A stretch of 64,000 nt of DNA, taken from NCBI GenBank assembly GCA_027317865.1, contig DAHVQG010000014.1:12645-76644 (forward strand). The letters run 5' to 3'. Within the stretch, counting starts at the first letter, position 1, and each line of letters begins with the position of its first letter. The position numbers and the translations under genes are program-made. This document shows positions 1-7,195 of the stretch, one piece after another. Source of the DNA: Bdellovibrionales bacterium. GTDB taxonomy: Bacteria > Bdellovibrionota > Bdellovibrionia > Bdellovibrionales > UBA1609. Below the pieces are notes generated by a model that ran no database searches, was not told where the DNA came from, and worked only from the letters and a program-made list of their open reading frames with translations.

Positions 1-20
1 CCAAACAAAAGGGGCGTTTT

Positions 21-812
21 GTGAAATACGAAATCTCAAAAACATTGCTGCAGACTTTGACAATCGACTTAGACGTAAACGAGTCGATTTATAGCCAAAC
101 TGCCATGATGGCATGGATGAACGCGGCAATGACCATGAATACGCACAACGAAGGCGGTTTTTTTGCCGGCTTAAAGCGAAGCCTTAGCGGCGGATCTTTT
201 TTTGTAACCGAATTTGTTTCAACCGGTAATGGTCAAATTACCTTTGCTCCGAAATTTCCGGGCCAAATTTTAGCGAAGGTTTTAGCTGCCGGCGAATCGC
301 TCATTTGCCGCAAAGATTCTTTTTTATGCGCCGAAAAATCAGTTACCTTTGACGTCGCCCTTCAGCAAGGTTTCGGCGCCGGGCTATTCGGCGGCGAAGG
401 TTTCATATTACAAAAAATCACCGGCCCTGGAACAGTTTGGCTCGATCTCTCAGGTAATGTTATCGAAAAAGAGTTGCAATCCGGTGAAATGCTGATGGTT
501 CACGCCGGACATATCGGCGTTCAAACTCCTACGGTCAGTTTTAATGTGAAAATGGTTCGCGGATTTCGTAACATTATCTTTGGCGGCGAAGGGCTCTTTC
601 TTGTAGAACTAATGGGCCCCGGTAAAGTTTGGTTGCAAAGTATGCCGATCATGAATCTCGCTGAAGAAATCGGGCGCTATTTACCTAACACACAAGCGGT
701 TAATACCGCCGCAGGCGCCGGTATCGGCGGTGTTGCGGGGGGCATGCTCGGTGGCCAAACTGGTTCGATTGTCGGTGGAATTCTTGGCGGAATTTTAGGC
801 AATAACGAATAG
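21..812 (+). CDS. AIM24/TIGR00266 family protein with C-terminal glycine zipper
   Basis: Repeated GGEGF/GGEGL motifs, GPGKVWLQSMP; C-terminal GAGIGGVAGGMLGG...GGILGGILG; GTG start after GGGG SD. Confidence 0.85.
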   Translation: MKYEISKTLLQTLTIDLDVNESIYSQTAMMAWMNAAMTMNTHNEGGFFAGLKRSLSGGSFFVTEFVSTGNGQITFAPKFPGQILAKVLAAGESLICRKDSFLCAEKSVTFDVALQQGFGAGLFGGEGFILQKITGPGTVWLDLSGNVIEKELQSGEMLMVHAGHIGVQTPTVSFNVKMVRGFRNIIFGGEGLFLVELMGPGKVWLQSMPIMNLAEEIGRYLPNTQAVNTAAGAGIGGVAGGMLGGQTGSIVGGILGGILGNNE

Positions 813-815
813 GCA

Positions 816-1340
816 CTAAACCGACGCTTTAAGTTCGGACATAAGAAACAGCGGATGAAGCCATAGCTTTTCATCCTGAAGCTTGTCGCGGCCGCCCTGT
901 TCACGATCGATTACGCACAAAACATCTGTAATTTCCGCACCCAATTTACGTAGCTCGCGTACGCTTTCGATAATTTGCCCACCGGTTGTAACGACGTCTT
1001 CAATTATACAAACCTTTTTGCCGCCGATGACTGCTCCCTCAGCGAGTTTCATTGTTCCATATTCTTTGGCTTTTTTTCGCACAAAACACAGATTGTAACC
1101 GGACTCTAAACCCAAAGCGGTAGCAATTGCGACCCCTCCCAACTCTAAACCCGCCAAAACCTCGGTGCGTTCGGGCACCAGTGGTGACATTTTTTTTGCA
1201 ATTTCTCGCAGAAGTTCAGGATCCGACTCAAAACAATATTTATCAAAATACTCGGTCGAAGTTTGACCTGAACGTAGTTTGAATTCTCCGCGCAAATAAG
1301 CCGACTTATATATAGCTGCCGCCAAATCATTTCGTGTCAT
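816..1340 (-). CDS. pyrE: Orotate phosphoribosyltransferase
   Basis: GEFKLRSG...YFDK, FVRKKAKEYG loop, PRPP motif IIEDVVTTGGQ. Confidence 0.92.
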   Translation of the reverse strand: MTRNDLAAAIYKSAYLRGEFKLRSGQTSTEYFDKYCFESDPELLREIAKKMSPLVPERTEVLAGLELGGVAIATALGLESGYNLCFVRKKAKEYGTMKLAEGAVIGGKKVCIIEDVVTTGGQIIESVRELRKLGAEITDVLCVIDREQGGRDKLQDEKLWLHPLFLMSELKASV

Positions 1341-1395
1341 GCCATTAACTTAAGCTTCATACCTTCGACAGTCGAGTAAGAAATGCACGTACAAG

Positions 1396-1411
1396 TGGCA
1401 CAGAAAATGCT
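1396..1411 (+). promoter_or_regulatory. Sigma54 (-24/-12) promoter
   Basis: TGGCACAGAAAATGCT: GG(1397-98)-N10-GC(1409-10), intergenic, oriented toward the small ORF at 1515. Confidence 0.6.
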
Positions 1412-1514
1412 TTCTCTATTTTATAGAGGCCGACCGGCGTCAAAGCGATACCGGTCTATTGCCCAGGCTGAGATCGCTTTTGAGCGCCAAAGCGCTCACA
1501 CGTACGAGGTGCAA

Positions 1515-1607
1515 ATGTTGATGGAAACTAAATTCGTCTTTTTTATTCTATTTGTTTTAACGATTTTTATGGTTTTTGCCGTCCAGTTTCTCGTGCACGG
1601 GTTCTGA
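1515..1607 (+). CDS. 30-aa single-TM small membrane protein
   Basis: GAGGTG SD then ATG; MLMETKFVFFILFVLTIFMVFAVQFLVHGF is one Phe-rich hydrophobic helix. Confidence 0.55.
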   Translation: MLMETKFVFFILFVLTIFMVFAVQFLVHGF

Positions 1608-1641
1608 AACCTTGTTTTGCCGTCTTGTTTTGGAGTTTTAT

Positions 1642-1965
1642 TCAGCCCACCGTTTCAGAACCAATCCATTTTGCAAATTCGTTTATGGCCTTCGGAGTTT
1701 CGATTTTGACGACACACGGGCACTCGTAAGAATGTAATTGTTGAACCCGTTTTTGCACGCGCGAATAAAGTCTTTCGCGAGTTTTAAAAATCACCACAAT
1801 TTCCTTTGCATGCTCAACTTTATTGCGCCAGCGGTAGAGACTCGCTATTGGGCCGATGATATTGGCACATGCAATGAGCCGCTCCTCGAGCAATTTCTTC
1901 GCCGCCTCGTTGGCTGCGCGTTGGCTCGGCCACGTTGTATAGACGAAACAAATTTTTGGCTTCAC
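1642..1965 (-). CDS. cutA: CutA divalent-cation tolerance protein
   Basis: LLEERLIACANI, SLYRW, E-x5-KT, HSYECPC; GTG start overlaps the E1-beta stop. Confidence 0.9.
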   Translation of the reverse strand: MKPKICFVYTTWPSQRAANEAAKKLLEERLIACANIIGPIASLYRWRNKVEHAKEIVVIFKTRERLYSRVQKRVQQLHSYECPCVVKIETPKAINEFAKWIGSETVG

Positions 1966-3050
1966 GGCACTTCGGCTAGCATCTCGCGCAACTCGCGCAC
2001 AATTTCGCTTTGTTGCGGAACCGAAGCCTCTTCTAAATTGGGATGAAGACCGACACCCGGCACGTTTTTACCGGCTAAAACACGCGGGCGCGCGAGCAAA
2101 TGGTATAACAATTCATTCGCTGTCCGGTAAGCTAGATGCTCGCCAAAGTTCGTGACCTCGGTGTCTTCGTTTACAAACATCACGCGCCCGGTTTTAATCA
2201 CCGATTCGCGCACGGTCTGCCAATCGTACGGGTAAAGAGAGCGCAGATCGATGACTTCGACAGCAAACCCTTCGGCCAACAATTCGTCAGCCGCTCGATT
2301 ACAAAAGTGAACCGTGCGGCCGTAACTTACTAGTGTTGCACTCGCGTGTTTTGAACCGGCGTCCGAACCTAAATCAACGGCTCGCGTGATTTTTGCTTTG
2401 CCAATCGGCACACGAAAACTCTCGTCAAGCTTTGGCCAGCGCGGGCGCCACTTCGCGCGATCTCCAATCGGCGCATCAATCATCGCTTTGAGTTCGCGTT
2501 CATCTGCAGGCTCGCCCGGCAACAGCTCTTCTCCGCGTACGCGCAGCAACGCTTTCGGTTTTAAAAATAAAACAGGATTCGGATCTTCAATCGCCGAAAG
2601 CATCAATCCGAATGCGTCAATCGGCGTCGATGGCATAACGATCTTCCAGCCCGTCAGTCGCGTGGCCCATGCATCAAAACTGTGGGAGTGATAAATTGAT
2701 CCGTGAATACCAGCCCCCGTCGGTGTCATCACCACCATCGGCAAATTATAATTGCCGTTACTTACCCAGTGCGTATTACCGGCGATTTTAAGAAGATCGA
2801 TGGTGTTAAAAATATAATCGCAAAATTGGACTTCTGCGACGCACACGTCACCGGCGAGCGCAATGCCAATCGCGCAACCGATAATTCCGCGCTCATCCAA
2901 TGGGGCGTTCCAAGTGGTTTTCAATCCTTGAGTCGCGGTAAATACGCCCCCAAGCGGTGCGCCCACGTCTTGGCCGAAAATATCTTTTACTCCAAGATGT
3001 TCTTCACCAATATGTAGTGCCATGCGAATGGCCTGCGCCATATTAGCCAT
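1962..3050 (-). CDS. 2-oxoacid dehydrogenase E1 beta subunit
   Basis: GQDV...GGVF, PLDERGIIG, AEVQFCDY, YHSHS, EVIDLRSL; AGGAG SD. Confidence 0.9.
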   Translation of the reverse strand: MANMAQAIRMALHIGEEHLGVKDIFGQDVGAPLGGVFTATQGLKTTWNAPLDERGIIGCAIGIALAGDVCVAEVQFCDYIFNTIDLLKIAGNTHWVSNGNYNLPMVVMTPTGAGIHGSIYHSHSFDAWATRLTGWKIVMPSTPIDAFGLMLSAIEDPNPVLFLKPKALLRVRGEELLPGEPADERELKAMIDAPIGDRAKWRPRWPKLDESFRVPIGKAKITRAVDLGSDAGSKHASATLVSYGRTVHFCNRAADELLAEGFAVEVIDLRSLYPYDWQTVRESVIKTGRVMFVNEDTEVTNFGEHLAYRTANELLYHLLARPRVLAGKNVPGVGLHPNLEEASVPQQSEIVRELREMLAEVP

Positions 3051-3072
3051 CAAGTCTCCTACGCAGGTTCAT

Positions 3073-4134
3073 CTAGAACTTTCTCCAATCTGCGTTTTCG
3101 TTATTCGCGTAGACATGCTTCCAAATGTCGCTCGCCTCCGGCGCGGGTTCATGGCGAACGGATTCTTGAGCTTCTCGCGCCTCGCTCTCATAGCGTGCAA
3201 AAAGCGATTCAACGTCACCGTCTCGAATAACGCCGCTTTTCTTCAAATATTCAGAAAAACTTTTAATGCAATCAAATTCATCAATCCGATTCGCTCCTGA
3301 GGCTGAAGAATGGCCGTACAATCGCGATAACCGGGCTTCAATAAAATAAGGTTTTCGATTTTTTCTGATATAGGCGAATGCTTCTTGCAGTCGAAAATAA
3401 CACTCAACAGGATCGTTGCCGTTAATCACTGCCGACTCAATGTTAAACGCACGTGCCCGGTCCGCAATTGAAGTTTCACCGTGTTGCCCTTCATAGGCCG
3501 TGGATATTCCCCAAAAATTATTTTGCACGGTAATCAAGATCGGAAGTTCATGACCCTTTCGCGATGACCAAACGAGACACGAAGCAAAATCACCTTCAGC
3601 CGTACCCGCATCACCGCCAGTGACGATCGTAATTCCCTTGGAGCGTTCACGTTGCTGCGCCCATGCCGTGCCAATCGCCTGAGAATACTGCACCTCAATC
3701 GGCGATGAAACTGGGACGACATTCCACTCTGGGTAACAAAAATGGTTTGAAAAATTACGGCCGCCAGTTGACGTGTCGGTTGCCCGATTCATCATTATGC
3801 GAATCGAGTCAATGATCGGCATCCCCATCGCCACTAAAGTCGGCGAACCACGATAATGTAAATGCAAATAATCGTGATCGTGACCGCGACCTTTGTTCAC
3901 AAGTAATCCGAGAGGCACGCCAAAGGCTTCTTCACCGGGGCCCCCGATCCAAAAGTAAGCTTCTCCCGCTTTATAAATTTTGATGAGGCGCTCTTCGAGA
4001 ACACGTGACTTCACCATTAGATCGAGCATTTTTAGCAGAAGATCTTTTGGCAATGGTAATGCGCTCGCGGATTTTTTCACTGCCGCACGCGATGTTCCCG
4101 TGCGGTTTTGCAATTTCTTTTTTGAACCAGACAT
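3073..4134 (-). CDS. 2-oxoacid dehydrogenase E1 alpha subunit (ThDP-dependent)
   Basis: GDAGTAEGDF...QNN ThDP motif, HYR, RLYGHS. Confidence 0.9.
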   Translation of the reverse strand: MSGSKKKLQNRTGTSRAAVKKSASALPLPKDLLLKMLDLMVKSRVLEERLIKIYKAGEAYFWIGGPGEEAFGVPLGLLVNKGRGHDHDYLHLHYRGSPTLVAMGMPIIDSIRIMMNRATDTSTGGRNFSNHFCYPEWNVVPVSSPIEVQYSQAIGTAWAQQRERSKGITIVTGGDAGTAEGDFASCLVWSSRKGHELPILITVQNNFWGISTAYEGQHGETSIADRARAFNIESAVINGNDPVECYFRLQEAFAYIRKNRKPYFIEARLSRLYGHSSASGANRIDEFDCIKSFSEYLKKSGVIRDGDVESLFARYESEAREAQESVRHEPAPEASDIWKHVYANNENADWRKF

Positions 4135-4155
4135 TAGGGCAGATCCCTTAGAGCT

Positions 4156-6219
4156 CTAATTGGCCCGAGTTTTAGAGTGGGTACTCTTTGCCATTGCTTC
4201 TTTTTTCGTTTTCAAAGCTTTTGCGTGCATAACGGGCGTGCCGTATCCGTCAAGTACAGACATTTCCGCCGCGATATTTAGCGCCTCTCTTATGTCAGGA
4301 CGTTTGAGGTAATATTTTCGTCTCAATATTTGATCTTGAGCGTAGGTTTTACCCTCTTCTTTTTTCTCCTGTTTGTCGACGGTGACTTGAGCTTTTAAGA
4401 ACTGGCTCACAACAATTTCGCCGTTCTTTTCTTTTTTCTCTTTAGCAATTTCGCGGCGAATTTTCGCAAATGCTTTGCTGTGATCGACGCGAATTTCACT
4501 GTCACGTCGCAGACGCGCGATGAGCCGCTTCGTCACGCGCTTCCAATGCCCTGGTTGCCCCGGTGGAACATACGCCTCAGCCGATAGAAATGGCGCGACC
4601 CTGTTACGAGGTAATGAATACGTCAGGTCTTTTTCAGCGATGTGTTCGTACGGTAAAACGCTTGGCAAAACAATTTGCGACGGAACACCGTAATGTTGCG
4701 TCGACTCACCGCCTGGAATAAAAAACATACCGATTGTCGTTTTTATCGCGCCCAATCCTGGGAGCGGCTCGACCGCCTGCACTGTTCCTTTACCGAACGT
4801 GTGACCGGTACCGACAATTACGGCACGATCGTAGTCTTTAAGAGTACCTGAAACAATTTCCGCAGCCGACGCGGTGTAAGGGCTTGTGAGAATCACCAAA
4901 GGTCCGGCGTAATTTACGAGCGGATCCGTGTCGGCAAGAACAATATCCGTGCTCGAATCGCGGCTTGACTGCTTAACGACATTACCTTCGCGAAAAAATT
5001 CGCCGGCAATTTCAACTGCGTCTTCGAGCGAGCCCCCGCCATCTTGGGATAGATCGAGGAGCATTCCGTCGACATGATGTTGGTTAGCTTGGTATAAAAG
5101 TTTTCGCATGTCCGACGCCGCTGAACGTCCACCTGGTCGGCCGTCCGAATAAAAACTAGGCAAATTAATAAGAGCAATCTTCACTTTTTTGCCGTGCCAA
5201 ACTTTATTTATATAGTTGATCGACGCGGCTTCGTCTTTAATTGTGATCTTTTCGCGCGTCAGGGCGATCGTAAATTTTTTGTTTCCCTTTGGAGTTTTTC
5301 GCAAAATCCGCAAACGCACAACCGTGCCTTTTTTACCGCGGATCTGTTCAACCACTTTCTCAAGGTCTTCGTTCACGACGTTTTTAATCGGGCCGGTCTT
5401 GCCTTGTCCAACTCCTATGATCATATCTTTCGGTCGTAAAAGACCCGACTTCGCAGCAGAACCGCCCGGCAGAAGTTGTTCAATAACCGTAAACCCGTCT
5501 TTGGAACTCAACGTTGCGCCTATCCCTTGAAGAGATAAACGAATTTCAATTTCAAACTCTTGAAACTGCTCTTGAGACCAGTATGTTGAGTGCGGATCAA
5601 GCGCCTTTGCGAATGAATTCAAATATAAGGTAAAAATATCATCTGGTTTGTTGTCGTTGATGTGCATCATCGCGCGTTTATAGTTTTGCAGTACCTTTTC
5701 GCGCGCCCTCGGCTCTTTCACGCCGCTTGCGATATAGTTCGCCACTTGCAATTGAATATATTTTCGAAGATACGCGTCGACACCGGCTTCAGTTGGCGGA
5801 TATCTACGCTTCTTGGGGTCGGTTATGATTTTTGTCCATGGTTCAAATTTAAAATTCTTATTCTTTAAAACACTTTCAGCGTATTCAATGTTGTGCTTCA
5901 TCCGCTTTTTAAACAGGGAGTAGACGTCAAGAATCGGTTGGCAGTTATTTTGATTAATCTTTTTAAAAACGCCTTTCATCATCACATGGATTTTTCTGAC
6001 ATCAGCTTGGTTGAAGTACATTTTCGAACCATCGAGGTGGTTGATGTACATATGAATCGTACGCCGTTCGAGTTCCGGGGTCAGGTGACTGAATATAAGG
6101 TGTTTTTGCAAAAAGCGCATCTCGATCGGTGCGATATATTGACAAGTAAGCTTCAACCCATAAGACGGTAACGAGACAAGCGAGCTGAAGATTAAAACAA
6201 ACAACGTGATGCGATTCAT
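4156..6219 (-). CDS. prc: Carboxy-terminal processing (tail-specific) protease, S41A, with PDZ domain
   Basis: Signal peptide; LDPHSTY, GIGATL, IRGKKGTVVRL, ASAAEIVSG (catalytic Ser), TFGKGTVQ (catalytic Lys). Confidence 0.9.
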   Translation of the reverse strand: MNRITLFVLIFSSLVSLPSYGLKLTCQYIAPIEMRFLQKHLIFSHLTPELERRTIHMYINHLDGSKMYFNQADVRKIHVMMKGVFKKINQNNCQPILDVYSLFKKRMKHNIEYAESVLKNKNFKFEPWTKIITDPKKRRYPPTEAGVDAYLRKYIQLQVANYIASGVKEPRAREKVLQNYKRAMMHINDNKPDDIFTLYLNSFAKALDPHSTYWSQEQFQEFEIEIRLSLQGIGATLSSKDGFTVIEQLLPGGSAAKSGLLRPKDMIIGVGQGKTGPIKNVVNEDLEKVVEQIRGKKGTVVRLRILRKTPKGNKKFTIALTREKITIKDEAASINYINKVWHGKKVKIALINLPSFYSDGRPGGRSAASDMRKLLYQANQHHVDGMLLDLSQDGGGSLEDAVEIAGEFFREGNVVKQSSRDSSTDIVLADTDPLVNYAGPLVILTSPYTASAAEIVSGTLKDYDRAVIVGTGHTFGKGTVQAVEPLPGLGAIKTTIGMFFIPGGESTQHYGVPSQIVLPSVLPYEHIAEKDLTYSLPRNRVAPFLSAEAYVPPGQPGHWKRVTKRLIARLRRDSEIRVDHSKAFAKIRREIAKEKKEKNGEIVVSQFLKAQVTVDKQEKKEEGKTYAQDQILRRKYYLKRPDIREALNIAAEMSVLDGYGTPVMHAKALKTKKEAMAKSTHSKTRAN

Positions 6220-6282
6220 GTTGGCACCTTCTATTTAAAGATTGGACTTCGTTAAGATAGCAACGACCATAGTAGCAACGAT

Positions 6283-7194
6283 TTAATCGAAAAGCGAGAG
6301 TTGATGGAACTGCGCCGAAACAACCTTGTCTTCCGTTCTGCCGTCAAACACTTCGCGTCTTAAAAACTGGCCTTTGTGCGTGTCGAACACGAAAAATGAG
6401 TTTTTCGGATAATTACGTTTCAGTCGCGTCATCTCTTCAATAATAAGCTCAATATTTTTCGGATCGTCATCTGACATGCCGAAGCGATGATGCTCGTTGT
6501 ATCCGTACTGTTCAAATGCCCGTTCCACAGATGCGCGAATTGCCGTTTGCTTCATTTCAGCTACAGGAGCGTCAAAACTTTTGCCCAGTAATGTACGCGT
6601 TTCGGGACAATTGACCGGGTAAAGCCCCAAATAATTCGGCTCATGCGGAATATGCCCCTCCGACACAAGTAAACGCATCCCGTCTTTCATCGTTTTAGGT
6701 TTATGACCGCGTGCTGTAATTAATGACAACGGTCGCCGGTTAAATACCGCATGGTAGAAACAGTTCCAGCTTGGCCCCTTCCAGTTGTAATCGGGCAATC
6801 CAAGCGCGTGCATAAGATCTTCTATAAACGGTTGGCGTTTACCGGCGAGCCGCTCAATAAGCGATAAATCACGATCACGAAAATTGCGAAAACTTCCATT
6901 CTCGTCATCGAATCGAACTTCGTAGTCTTTATAAGGGCCCGACTTACCTATCGTGCCACTATGTTCACCAAATTCGCGTGTCGAAAGTTTCTTTTCTTCA
7001 CCCGATTGCCTGTGAAAAATAAACGTCGGCGTCGACAATATCGCGATATTGTCGTCGAAATCGAAGAAGTAGAAACTACGCCCGCCTCGCTTAAAATTTC
7101 GGTCGTCCTCTTGGCTCCGTTGAATACCTAATTCGAGCTGCGTCGATTTCGAATTTTGCGCCTTTTCGACCGATTCACGTAACCGTTTAAACAA
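6283..7194 (-). CDS. HAD-superfamily phosphatase-like protein with C-terminal QLSLF motif
   Basis: FYFFDFDDNI (DxD), LITARGH (motif II), Lys in AEMK, GMSDDD (motif IV); probable TTG start 1 nt after the topA stop, with GGGGG SD. Confidence 0.7.
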   Translation of the reverse strand: MFKRLRESVEKAQNSKSTQLELGIQRSQEDDRNFKRGGRSFYFFDFDDNIAILSTPTFIFHRQSGEEKKLSTREFGEHSGTIGKSGPYKDYEVRFDDENGSFRNFRDRDLSLIERLAGKRQPFIEDLMHALGLPDYNWKGPSWNCFYHAVFNRRPLSLITARGHKPKTMKDGMRLLVSEGHIPHEPNYLGLYPVNCPETRTLLGKSFDAPVAEMKQTAIRASVERAFEQYGYNEHHRFGMSDDDPKNIELIIEEMTRLKRNYPKNSFFVFDTHKGQFLRREVFDGRTEDKVVSAQFHQLSLFD

Positions 7195-7195
7195 C

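Noticed and set aside
706-800. GGC/GGT-rich repetitive tract
   Set aside because: Encodes the glycine zipper of the AIM24-family protein; not a DNA repeat element
1383-1514. 74-aa version of the small ORF
   Set aside because: The upstream ATG precedes the predicted sigma54 promoter; the SD supports the start at 1515
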